Source: an uncultured Oligoflexia bacterium
GTDB taxonomy: Bacteria; Bdellovibrionota_B; Oligoflexia; Silvanigrellales; Silvanigrellaceae
DNA: 64,000 nt
Direction: 5' to 3'
Assembly: GCA_964352255.1 (NCBI GenBank)
Contig: CAYGQR010000009.1
Span: forward strand, 3,000-66,999
Shown here: piece by piece, positions 18,610 through 31,007 of the stretch
Layout of the letters: the number at the start of each line of letters is the position of its first letter
How positions within the stretch are numbered: the first letter of the stretch is position 1
The notes under the pieces: generated by a model
The model's input: only the letters and a program-made list of their open reading frames with translations
Told to the model about the DNA's origin: nothing
Databases searched by the model: none
Made by a program: the position numbers and the translations under genes

Positions 18610-18909
18610 ATGGTCACACCAACTTCTACACCGCGCTCATACGCAGATAGAAATAGCAAAACAGCAGCAGTTAAGAAAAAACGTCGTTTCACACGTCCTA
18701 AGCGTACACTCGATCCACAAATTATGTTCGACTATAAAGATGTGCAACTTCTTCGTCGCTTTGTAACTGAACACGGCAAAATTATTCCACGTCGCATCAG
18801 TGGTGCAAATGCAGCACAACAACGTGCTCTTAATAGAGCAGTTAAACGTGCACGTAGCATGGCTCTTTTAAGCTACGGTCAAACTTCGCTTGATATGTCA
18901 TCTAGATAA
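18610..18909 (+). CDS. rpsR: 30S ribosomal protein S18, zinc-ribbon-free form, stand-alone
   Basis: [42 protein letters not shown]; probable start ATG 18610 (track start 18529 is upstream). Confidence 0.95.
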   Translation: MVTPTSTPRSYADRNSKTAAVKKKRRFTRPKRTLDPQIMFDYKDVQLLRRFVTEHGKIIPRRISGANAAQQRALNRAVKRARSMALLSYGQTSLDMSSR

Positions 18910-18926
18910 TTCTATTACAATAGCAT

Positions 18927-18957
18927 TATCATCCCTTTGCTTGACAAAGGGATCCAG
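18927..18957 (+). repeat. Single REP/RPE-like palindrome after rpsR; possible terminator role
   Basis: ATCCCTTTG-CTTGA-CAAAGGGAT followed by CCAG; same loop and flanks as the 10074-10096 hairpin. Confidence 0.8.
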
Positions 18958-19018
18958 TCAGCTTTTATCATAGCCAGTGCTTATAATTAAACACTGGCTA
19001 TTTTTTTGTATTGATTTC

Positions 19019-21112
19019 TTATTTTAAAAGCACCTTACTCTCATACTCAATATCCCTATTTGGCATTTTATTCTTACAAATAAATTCATTCACATAATAA
19101 AAACTCAGTAAAGTTTGAGCAGTAGCATCTTTATAATTTTGAATATAGGGATCTGCAGATTGTGAATGTAACGTATCTGCTAAATGGGTTGTATTCATTA
19201 ACGAGTTTTTTTCAAGTATCTTAAAAATCTCATCTTGCGAAATATCGCTTTGTTTTGAAAACAAAAACGGTGCATTAAATTGCTTTTTCTCTTTTGGTAA
19301 ATATTTTGCATATTCTGGCAAGCACTTCTTATAGCTTCTTTTTAAAATTGACTTTTCTTCAAATCCACGCACAAAAAAATTATCATTTAAATGATAAATA
19401 AACTTTTTAAGCTTTTGAGACATAAATGGAGGGCGGCCTTCTAACGTATTCGCCATTTCCATTCTATCACCTACCCAATTCAAAACTTGAACAGGCAGAT
19501 GAGTTTTACAAAAATAGTTTTGCCATAATAAAAGCGTATTATTAGGATCGGTATAAAAGTCCTCTTGTTCGGAGAATCCAAACTTAAACCAAGACGAAAC
19601 ACTTTCTCGTTGTGCGAGCAACCATTTAGAGGCTTCTTCTGCACCAATCAAGATTGTCGCAGTTGATTTTATCTGTCCAAATAAAGGATGTGCAACACCC
19701 CAGTACTCTAAGCTTTCCACAAAATCCAAACCACTGCCTGCATGGCTTGAACCACTTAACCAAGGATTTTTTTGATGTTGTGAAAAACGTTTTTCATAAA
19801 CGAAATCGCGCCAATTTGAACCTAAAGGGTGCTTTTTGATTTGATCAAAAATATTTACACCACTTCTGTTTTTGAAAATTGATTTCCACCAAGCTGCATA
19901 CCGAAAACTTGGGTAGCCACACAAAACTTCATCAGCACCATCACCTGTAAGTACACCTTGCACATGTTTTCTTGCAAAACGTGAAAGCCACCATTTAGCA
20001 GCACCATTTGTGTAAGGTTGAATGTTTTCAGAATGATAAACTGCAATAGGATATGCATAATTTAAGTCGTCATAATTTACACGACAGATGTGTGGATCAA
20101 ATCCTAGCGCTTTTGAAAAATGAACAGCATCAGCAGCTTCATCAAAACCTTCTTCCACGTCAAAACCGACTGTAAAACTTTTAATCGATTTGTGAGGCCT
20201 AATTTTTGAATAGAGTGCAGATATAAATTTTGAATCGATTCCACCACTTAAATACACACCAAGTTCAACATCAGAAACAAGACGCTCTTTTGTAGATTCA
20301 AGCATCGTTTCATAAAATTCTTCGTATATTTTTTCTGTTGTTTGTTCAGTATTATAACTTGATGAACGAATGGATGTTGCATTTAAATTTAAAAACACTT
20401 TAAAAGCTTCAGCAGCAAAATCTTTTTTTGCCCATAAGTAACTTCCAGGTGGTACTTGAATAATATTTTCAAAAGGCGTACGAATTGGTTCATACAATCC
20501 AACCGCTTGACGTAGAAAACCTTCTTTATTCCACTGTTTTTGTGTAGCAAGACCTTTAATTTCACTTGCAAAACCTAACGCGGTTGACTCAAATACATAT
20601 TGTTTTTGTGCAATTGAGAAACGTTTTGTCTGTAAAAATTCAGACCATACAAAAAGTGGTTTAACTCCATAAGTGTCTCGACCTGCAAACACTTCTGTTC
20701 CATCAGCTTTAAAAATAACAAAGCTAAATTCACCTTCAAGTAATTCAAGAATTTTTTCTTTATAGCATAAAAAACCAGCTAAAATAACTTCACTGTCCCC
20801 TTCAGATTGAAAAGGATAAGAGAATTCTTTGATAATTTTATTGCGAAGTGAAACATAATTATAAATTTCCCCATTAAAAATCAGAACCCACTCTTTATCA
20901 ACACTCCAAATTGGCTGAGAACTTAAGGGTGATAAATCTTGAAAAGCCAAACGACTATGAGCAACAAATACATTTTCTAAAAAATTATATTTTAAAGGTT
21001 CGCTTCCACGATGGACAATTTTATGTGCTGCATTTAAAAATAATTCTTTGCAATTTGAATCATTTTTAAATGCACTTGCACCAGAAAATAGAATTCCAGA
21101 GAGGCCACACAT
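19019..21112 (-). CDS. asnB: Asparagine synthase (glutamine-hydrolysing) family amidotransferase
   Basis: N-terminal MCG, HRG, HSRL, FNGEIYN, GDSEV, LSGGIDS, LTGDGADE, GDRMEMANTLEGRPPF. Confidence 0.9.
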   Translation of the reverse strand: MCGLSGILFSGASAFKNDSNCKELFLNAAHKIVHRGSEPLKYNFLENVFVAHSRLAFQDLSPLSSQPIWSVDKEWVLIFNGEIYNYVSLRNKIIKEFSYPFQSEGDSEVILAGFLCYKEKILELLEGEFSFVIFKADGTEVFAGRDTYGVKPLFVWSEFLQTKRFSIAQKQYVFESTALGFASEIKGLATQKQWNKEGFLRQAVGLYEPIRTPFENIIQVPPGSYLWAKKDFAAEAFKVFLNLNATSIRSSSYNTEQTTEKIYEEFYETMLESTKERLVSDVELGVYLSGGIDSKFISALYSKIRPHKSIKSFTVGFDVEEGFDEAADAVHFSKALGFDPHICRVNYDDLNYAYPIAVYHSENIQPYTNGAAKWWLSRFARKHVQGVLTGDGADEVLCGYPSFRYAAWWKSIFKNRSGVNIFDQIKKHPLGSNWRDFVYEKRFSQHQKNPWLSGSSHAGSGLDFVESLEYWGVAHPLFGQIKSTATILIGAEEASKWLLAQRESVSSWFKFGFSEQEDFYTDPNNTLLLWQNYFCKTHLPVQVLNWVGDRMEMANTLEGRPPFMSQKLKKFIYHLNDNFFVRGFEEKSILKRSYKKCLPEYAKYLPKEKKQFNAPFLFSKQSDISQDEIFKILEKNSLMNTTHLADTLHSQSADPYIQNYKDATAQTLLSFYYVNEFICKNKMPNRDIEYESKVLLK

Positions 21113-22509
21113 TAAAGTCGTGTCATTCTTAATAAAACTGCCAAAGCTTGATTCACAACATTATTACCTGCAGGCACACTACTGTATTTAAGATTTAACT
21201 CTTTATTTGCTTCGCGAGGAGTTAAACGTGACAATAAATCAAGCACTAAATAAGAATCATGATGGCTACTAAAATGAGGCGATTTCTTTTTTAAACAACG
21301 CACTAAAAATTCAATATAATCATAATGCTGAAGTGTTGGCATAAAACCATCTACAAGCGTTTCAGCATAAACTCGCTCAATTAGTAAATACGCATAGCTT
21401 TTTAGCCACACAGGTGGTGCGGCATCAAAAATGACTGCGCAATATTGACTTCCACCTGAAATTACCCAACCAGGAGGTTCACGTAAACTTGCATCCCATG
21501 AGCCTGTAGCAAGCATACGAACCCAGCGCCATTGATTCCATTTAAATAAACGATAATCTTCTTTAGAAACACTCAAGTCGAATACAAAACCAACAATCGA
21601 TTTTGAAACAAAAGAAAGATGCTCTTTAGCCATAGAAACTAAATGTGGAAAAAGAGGTTCAATTAAAACGCCTGCTCTTTCAATGATACCGCTATCAAAA
21701 CCCTTTTCTTTTTGAGCTGCAGATTTACATAAAGTAGTATGATCTTTTTGAAGCGCACGAAGTAATCCATGCATAATAGGAATGTCTGTACCAAAATTTT
21801 TCAGTGTGTCTTTTAAAATCGAAACAAAAGTATAAATAAGTTCATCATGCAAAAGTGCATTTAATAAAGCAGATTCAAAAACCCATTCAACAATAAATTC
21901 ACGTTTAAAATCAGACATGTCATTTTGACGCACTGTATTTAAAAAAACATGAGCAAATTGCAGTCTTGAATTTTCAAGAGAGTGCTGATCGATAAATTTT
22001 GTTTTGTAAAAATGCACCCCTTGAGTAGATAAAATTTCGTCGGATGTATTTAATAAAAGTTCAAATACTTCAGAGGGCATGCCATCAATTAATGAACCAG
22101 CTACTTTTTCGTTTGGATAATTTTGTAATGAAGTAAGCATAAATCTTAAGTGCTGAAAGTTCTTTTTTGTATTAAGTGTTTTGACAGAAATTATAGGATA
22201 TTCATTAAACGCCCGAACAAGTTCAGATTTTTTACTTGGATTTAAATTTTCTTTTCCTTGTAAAAGTGCTATAAATCTTGCAGACAATCTATCAAGCAAT
22301 AAAGCCGTTTCGTTTAGCTGCTGATGTTGCGTTTCAGACAAAATAGACTCATTAGCTAAGTCACGAAATTGATCTAAAAAATTACAAAAAGACGTGACCG
22401 CTTCGTCAAATGATAAAAAGTCTGAAAAATCAATATGATACGACATCACCTGGGTAGGATCAGCTGTTTTGGGATTTAAAATATCTTCACTCATTACTCT
22501 TGACTCCAA
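21112..22509 (-). CDS. Hypothetical, probably all-helical protein translationally coupled to asnB
   Basis: 465-aa ORF; its TAA shares base 21112 with the asnB ATG; no motif recognised. Confidence 0.75.
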   Translation of the reverse strand: MESRVMSEDILNPKTADPTQVMSYHIDFSDFLSFDEAVTSFCNFLDQFRDLANESILSETQHQQLNETALLLDRLSARFIALLQGKENLNPSKKSELVRAFNEYPIISVKTLNTKKNFQHLRFMLTSLQNYPNEKVAGSLIDGMPSEVFELLLNTSDEILSTQGVHFYKTKFIDQHSLENSRLQFAHVFLNTVRQNDMSDFKREFIVEWVFESALLNALLHDELIYTFVSILKDTLKNFGTDIPIMHGLLRALQKDHTTLCKSAAQKEKGFDSGIIERAGVLIEPLFPHLVSMAKEHLSFVSKSIVGFVFDLSVSKEDYRLFKWNQWRWVRMLATGSWDASLREPPGWVISGGSQYCAVIFDAAPPVWLKSYAYLLIERVYAETLVDGFMPTLQHYDYIEFLVRCLKKKSPHFSSHHDSYLVLDLLSRLTPREANKELNLKYSSVPAGNNVVNQALAVLLRMTRL

Positions 22510-22569
22510 GCCATCAAATTATGTTAGATTCTAGCACAGACGATGTATCACACAAACATTAGCGAATAG

Positions 22570-25263
<2,694 letters not shown>

Positions 25264-25267
<4 letters not shown>

Positions 25268-26355
25268 AAATTTGGTCGTACTATTTTTGGTATTTCTGTC
25301 GCACTGTGTTTGCAGTTTTGTTTTTAATTCTGTTGATATATTATGTTATTACATACCTTGAAAACCTGCTTTATTATTTTAATTCACACCCTACTACTCC
25401 AAAAGTAAAAATTTTGTACTATTTATGGCAAATGCCAGATTTAATTGTACAAATCCTTCCTTTTGCTGTTTTGATTGCAGGTATTATTGCACATTGGGGA
25501 ATTGCTCGTGCTAGCGAAGTTACTGCCTTAAGAAGTGCAGGTCGCTCATTACTTTCTATTAGCTTTCCCTTTATTTGTGGAGCAATTTTATATGGCATTA
25601 TACATTTTTCGGTAGCAGAATTTATACGTCCGTATACCTTTAAAAAATTTTCCTATGTAAAAAACCAACTGATTGAAAATAAATCTGATCAAAATATTTT
25701 TGAAAAAACAACTTGGATTAAAAGTGAATCAGGAATTTTACACTTTAGTGAATACAAAGAATCGACCAAAACTTTAAATAATCCTGAATATTTTTCCTTT
25801 GATGAAAGTTATAGTAATTTAAATTTTCTTGTCAGAAGCAGAGTGGCTAAATTCGATGCAAAGAAACAAATATGGGTTCTGCCTCAAGCAACCGCAATTG
25901 ATTTAAGCAATCCACAGCTTCATTCCGTAAGTCAGATTCAATCCTATGAAACTGATATTACCTTTGCTCCGCCTAAAATTTTGAAAGACGCTGTAAAATC
26001 TACTGATTTAAGTTTTTTTCAATTGCGTAAATTAATTCAATCTGCACAAAATGCAAATTTAGTTGTTCCAGATAGAGTTTTTGATCTCTATTTAAAAACA
26101 AGCTTACCCTTTTCAAGTTTAATCTTTTTGCTTTTTACAATTCCTTTTGCTGCACAATCCGAACGCAAAGAAAGCAGTTACTTCAATATTTTAATTTGTT
26201 TAGCTCTTACTACAAGTTATTGGTTTGGTAACTTAGCACTGAAAAAATTTGCTGTCAGTGGTTTACTCCCACCCTTTGTTGCTGCGTGGAGTTTAAATAT
26301 TCTCTTTTGTGTATTTGCTTTAATTGTGATTGCCAAACAAGATAAACCAGCTTAA
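25264..26355 (+). CDS. lptG: LPS export ABC permease LptG
   Basis: ASEVTALRSAGRS, YjgP/YjgQ topology, PPFVAAWSLNILF; ATGA overlap with lptF. Confidence 0.85.
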
Positions 26356-26399
26356 CTTTTTTTGACCGTTATTTTATTTTTATTTCGAAGAGGTTTTAA

Positions 26400-27407
26400 A
26401 TGACAATACAAGTTGGCATAAATGGATTTGGGCGTATCGGGCGCTGTATTTTAAGATCACTCGCTCAAGAAAAAAATATAAACGTTTCCATTATTAACGA
26501 TCTTACAGATTCTAAAACCTTAGCCCATCTTTACAAATACGATTCTGTTCATGGTATTTGTCCACAATCAGTTGAAGCAACTGAATCTGGTTTAAAAGTT
26601 GATGGAAAAGATATTGAAATTACTGCGATTAAATCGCCATCAGAAATCCCTTGGGAAAAACATAATGTCGATATTGTTCTTGAATGTACCGGCATCTTTA
26701 CAGATGGCCCTAAAGCACAAGAACACATTAATGCTGGTGCAAAAAAAGTTATTATTAGTGCTCCAGGAAAAAATATTCATCGTACGTTTGTATGTGGCGT
26801 AAACGAACACGAATACAATCCATCTACCGACCATATTGTTAGTAATGGCTCATGCACTACAAACTGCCTTGCCCCTGTTACAAAAGTTATACATGATTTG
26901 TTTGGTGTAAAACGTGGTCTTATGACAACAATTCATTCATACACAAACGATCAAAATGTGCTCGATTTACCACACAAAGATTTACGTCGCGCTCGTGCTG
27001 CAGCATTAAGTATGATTCCTACTTCAACAGGTGCGGCAAAAGCAATTGCTGAGGTTATTCCAGAATTAAAAGGAAAACTTCATGGTATGGCTGTTCGTGT
27101 ACCTACGCCAAATGTATCGCTTGTCGATGTTACATTTGAAGTTGAAAAAAATACCACTGCTGAAGAAGTCAATGCGGCTTTAAAAGCAGCTTCTCAAAAT
27201 GAGCTTAAAAATATTCTTGGCTTTAGTGAAGAACCACTCGTAAGTCACGATTTCAACGGCAATCCGTTAAGTTCAATTGTTGATGCAGAATACACAACAG
27301 TTATGGAAGGAAATATGATTAAAATCCTTTCATGGTACGACAACGAATGGGGTTTTAGCAATCGTATGATCGACCTTATTAAACTTATGGCGAGCGATGC
27401 TGTTTGA
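26400..27407 (+). CDS. gap: Type I glyceraldehyde-3-phosphate dehydrogenase
   Basis: GINGFGRIGR, SNGSCTTNCLAP, DLRRARAA, RVPTPNVS, WYDNEWGFS. Confidence 0.98.
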   Translation: MTIQVGINGFGRIGRCILRSLAQEKNINVSIINDLTDSKTLAHLYKYDSVHGICPQSVEATESGLKVDGKDIEITAIKSPSEIPWEKHNVDIVLECTGIFTDGPKAQEHINAGAKKVIISAPGKNIHRTFVCGVNEHEYNPSTDHIVSNGSCTTNCLAPVTKVIHDLFGVKRGLMTTIHSYTNDQNVLDLPHKDLRRARAAALSMIPTSTGAAKAIAEVIPELKGKLHGMAVRVPTPNVSLVDVTFEVEKNTTAEEVNAALKAASQNELKNILGFSEEPLVSHDFNGNPLSSIVDAEYTTVMEGNMIKILSWYDNEWGFSNRMIDLIKLMASDAV

Positions 27408-28224
27408 TCATTTTATAAATCTTAATACAAATTTCACACATCATGCTGTTTTATTGATTTCAAAACAATTTGAACAGCATGCATTTCCTGATGCCGAATT
27501 TTTACAAATTGCGAATGAATTTTGTGGAATTAAAGCAAATAAAATCAATAATTTTGCGCATCCCGATATTTTAATTATTGATAGAGAACGGCGCTTGCTT
27601 CGTTTAGAAGATGTAAATCAAGTAAAAGAATTTTCTCTCTATCCACCTCAATTAGGTAAAAGACGATTAATTTTAATTGAAAAGTGCGAACGTCTGAATT
27701 TAAATAGCGCAAATTTTTTATTAAAATTACTGGAAGAACCTAGTGCAAATGTTCTTTTTTTATTAACAACCGCACAAAAACATCTTGTTTTACCTACTGT
27801 TCTAAGTCGATTACAAAAATTTAATGTGCAATTTAAAACTTTGGAATCACTTGATTTTATCGATCAAATAGAAAAAGAAGACGCAAATTTTTTTGAAAAA
27901 ATTATTTATAGTTTTTCAAACCGAGCTGTCTTTGTTGGCACTTCACTTTCAGATAAAAAAACATTTTCTGTGAGCCCTACCCGCCTTCTTTACTTAATTG
28001 AACAATCCGAAATTATTGCGAAAAAATATACAGCAGAACAATTACAAGCTATTCTTCTGTATTGGGTCAGTGATCGCTTGAAAAAAGAGAAAAGTTTTGT
28101 CATCATAGCTCGATTTATTATGGCACATGTGCGCAATTGGAAACAATCTGAAACACTTAATCCTTCTTCACAATTTTGGCTTTTAAGAATTTTTCTTGGG
28201 CAACATAACTATGAAAACAACTGA
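27397..28224 (+). CDS. holB: DNA polymerase III delta-prime-like subunit
   Basis: HPDILII, ERLNLNSANFLLKLLEEP, FLLTT, LPTVLSRLQ. Confidence 0.75.
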   Translation: MLFDHFINLNTNFTHHAVLLISKQFEQHAFPDAEFLQIANEFCGIKANKINNFAHPDILIIDRERRLLRLEDVNQVKEFSLYPPQLGKRRLILIEKCERLNLNSANFLLKLLEEPSANVLFLLTTAQKHLVLPTVLSRLQKFNVQFKTLESLDFIDQIEKEDANFFEKIIYSFSNRAVFVGTSLSDKKTFSVSPTRLLYLIEQSEIIAKKYTAEQLQAILLYWVSDRLKKEKSFVIIARFIMAHVRNWKQSETLNPSSQFWLLRIFLGQHNYENN

Positions 28225-30937
28225 TATACGTCGTCAATTTATTCAATTCTTTCAAGAACGCGAGCACACACTTATTCCAAGTGCTTCAACTGTTCCTACT
28301 GACGATAAAACAATTCTCTTTACTGTCGCTGGCATGACACAATTTAAATCAGCTTTTAGTGGTGAAAAGAAATTTGATTATTTAAGAGCCACAAATTCAC
28401 AAAAGTGTATTCGTGTTGCAGACTTAGATGATGTTGGCAAAGATGGCCGGCATCTCACTATGTTCGAGATGCTTGGTAGTTGGAGCTTTGGAGATTATTA
28501 CAAAGAAGAAGCCATTCAATGGGCGTATGAGTTTGTACGCGATGTAATTGCACTTGATCTTTCAAGAGTATGGATATCAGTTCATCATACAGATGAAGAA
28601 AGCGCCGAAATTTGGACAAAACAAGGCATCCCAGCCGATCGTATTGTTCGGTTAGAAGATAAAGATAATTTTTGGGCTATGGGACCAACAGGTCCGTGCG
28701 GCCCTTGTACTGAAATGTATTACGATCAAGGCGCAAAAGTAGGTTCATGTTACCAGGCCAACATTGCCTGCAAAGGTCCTGGCTGCGAATGCGACCGTTT
28801 TCTTGAATTTTGGAATTTGGTCTTTATGCAGTTTCAACGACATGAAGATGGTACGCTAGCAGACCTGCCCATGAAAAGTGTAGATACCGGAATGGGCCTT
28901 GAACGGTTAGCTGCCCTGCTTCAAAAAAAATCAAATGTTTTTGATATTGATATATTTCAAGCAATTTCTAATCGTATTATTTCAAAAGCAAACATTCAAA
29001 CTACAATTGAGTTATTAACTCCTGAAATGCGTGAATGTGTAAATGTAATTGCCGATCATATTCGATTTTTGTGTTTCACAATTTCTGATGGCGTAAACTT
29101 CTCAAATGAAGGTCGCGGATACGTATTACGTCGTGTTCTACGTCGTGCCACACGATTTGTGCATAAGCTTTGCCCTGAATGGCCACAATCTGAATCATTT
29201 TTGAAGCATATTGTTTCCACAGTCATTAATGAGTTGTCTGAGTTTTTTCCTGAACTTGTACATGCTCAAAAGCGTATAGAAACTCTCATCTCCACAGAAG
29301 AACTGAAATTTAACAAAACACTTGAGAGTGGTTTACAAAAATTTTATGAATTTTTAGAGGCAACAAAAGCAGACAATAAGCATATTCTTTCTGGAAGTAA
29401 TGTTTTTATTCTTCATGATACATTTGGCTTTCCTGCAGATCTGACAAAAGTTTTGTGTGCTGAAAATAATTTTGACATTGATATGCAGGGTTATGAAACC
29501 TGCATGATTGAACAAAAAGACAAAAGCCGAACCGATTCTAAATTTTATAAATTCACAGAAGATCACACCCCATGGGTTGAATTAAATGCGCCTAATCAAG
29601 AACAAAATTCTTCTTTTGATGGGTATTTTTTAAAATCCAACTACATAAAAAACAATGTAAACTATTTTCAAAAAAAATTTTCCTTTGATGACATTACAAA
29701 AATAAGACAATTAAAAAATCGATCATTCGAACTTGTCATGAAAAATCCCATCTTTTATCCTGAGGGTGGTGGACAAATTAGTGATCAGGGCTTTATAGAA
29801 GTTGTAAATGGCAAAGATGTTTTTACATTTGAAGTTTTAGATGTGAAAAAAAATCCTGCCTTTATTTCACATATTTTACGCCATGAAGAATTAAGCAACC
29901 AACAAAGCTCGATTCTTTCTGAACAAAAATTAAAAAATTTATTTCACCCCTCTATTGAGTTGTATTGTTCTGTTAATCTTCATTATAGAACAGAAATTGC
30001 ACGCAATCATACGGCTACACATTTATTGCACAAATCACTTCAAACTGTCCTTGGCGATAATGTACGCCAAGCTGGTTCGCTTGTAAAAAACGACCTTTTA
30101 AGGTTCGATTTTTCTCATTCTGAAGCTTTAACAAACGAACAAAAATGCTTAGTTGAAAACTTAGTGAATCAAGAAATTTTAAAAAACACACCAATCAATA
30201 CCCACGAAAATGTTACCTTAGAACAAGCACAAAAAATGGGTGCAATGGCAATGTTTAATGAAAAATACGACACCAATGTTCGTGTGCTTGAAATCGATAA
30301 ATTTTCAATAGAGCTTTGTGGCGGAACCCATGTTTTTCATACTGCAGAGATTGGACAACTTAAAATTTTGTCGGATAGTAGTGTAACAAGTGGTGTACGC
30401 AGAATTGAAGCGGTAACCGGCCAATATGCACTTGAATACACACGTACTTTAGAACATAATTTAAATAGTTCGTCTGAACTTTTAAAATGCGCACCAGTTC
30501 AACTTTCTCAAAAAATCACCCAAACCAAAGAACAAGTTAAAGATTTAGAAAAACAAGTACTCGCATTACAAAATAAACTTTCTGAAACTTACTTACAAAC
30601 ATTACTCAGTAACGCAAAAATACGTGATGAATTTAAAATCATTACTGCTTATTTACCAAATATATCTGTACAAACATTAGAAATGCTCTGCGATAAAATT
30701 AAAGCAAAGCCGAATCATATTGCCATACTTGCTACAACACTAAACGGCAAATCTCATATTATTGCAGGCATGCATCCCCAAATAATAGAGAAAGATCCCT
30801 CTATTCATCTTGGTAAGGTTGTTCGTTCAATTTGTGAACAGCTAAAAGGCAAAGGCGGAGGACGCCCTGATTTTGCAAAGGGAAGTGGTTTATTAATTGA
30901 CAATCTTGATTCAATACTTTTACAAACAAATCTGTAA
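28211..30937 (+). CDS. alaS: Alanine--tRNA ligase
   Basis: FTVAGM, QKCIR, HLTMFEMLGSWSFGDYYK, EFWNLVFMQF, DTGMGLER, FYPEGGGQ, NHTATHLLH, ELCGGTH, KGGGRPD; start ATG 28211. Confidence 0.98.
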   Translation: MKTTDIRRQFIQFFQEREHTLIPSASTVPTDDKTILFTVAGMTQFKSAFSGEKKFDYLRATNSQKCIRVADLDDVGKDGRHLTMFEMLGSWSFGDYYKEEAIQWAYEFVRDVIALDLSRVWISVHHTDEESAEIWTKQGIPADRIVRLEDKDNFWAMGPTGPCGPCTEMYYDQGAKVGSCYQANIACKGPGCECDRFLEFWNLVFMQFQRHEDGTLADLPMKSVDTGMGLERLAALLQKKSNVFDIDIFQAISNRIISKANIQTTIELLTPEMRECVNVIADHIRFLCFTISDGVNFSNEGRGYVLRRVLRRATRFVHKLCPEWPQSESFLKHIVSTVINELSEFFPELVHAQKRIETLISTEELKFNKTLESGLQKFYEFLEATKADNKHILSGSNVFILHDTFGFPADLTKVLCAENNFDIDMQGYETCMIEQKDKSRTDSKFYKFTEDHTPWVELNAPNQEQNSSFDGYFLKSNYIKNNVNYFQKKFSFDDITKIRQLKNRSFELVMKNPIFYPEGGGQISDQGFIEVVNGKDVFTFEVLDVKKNPAFISHILRHEELSNQQSSILSEQKLKNLFHPSIELYCSVNLHYRTEIARNHTATHLLHKSLQTVLGDNVRQAGSLVKNDLLRFDFSHSEALTNEQKCLVENLVNQEILKNTPINTHENVTLEQAQKMGAMAMFNEKYDTNVRVLEIDKFSIELCGGTHVFHTAEIGQLKILSDSSVTSGVRRIEAVTGQYALEYTRTLEHNLNSSSELLKCAPVQLSQKITQTKEQVKDLEKQVLALQNKLSETYLQTLLSNAKIRDEFKIITAYLPNISVQTLEMLCDKIKAKPNHIAILATTLNGKSHIIAGMHPQIIEKDPSIHLGKVVRSICEQLKGKGGGRPDFAKGSGLLIDNLDSILLQTNL

Positions 30938-30969
30938 TACAAACCTGCAATACTAATAAAAAAGTCTTT

Positions 30970-31007
30970 AACAAAAGGGAAAAGCCAATCAGCTTTTCCC
31001 TTTTGTT
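30970..31007. terminator. Bidirectional intrinsic terminator between convergent alaS and the lipoprotein gene
   Basis: Perfect 16-bp inverted repeat AACAAAAGGGAAAAGC-CAATCA-GCTTTTCCCTTTTGTT with A/T runs on both sides. Confidence 0.85.

Noticed and set aside
19019-21112. Lasso-peptide cyclase interpretation of the AsnB homolog
   Set aside because: Retains the N-terminal Cys glutaminase domain; no B protein or precursor peptide adjacent.
27397-28224. holB lacking a Walker A motif as a pseudogene
   Set aside because: Delta-prime subunits are naturally ATPase-degenerate; the frame is intact and coupled to its neighbours.
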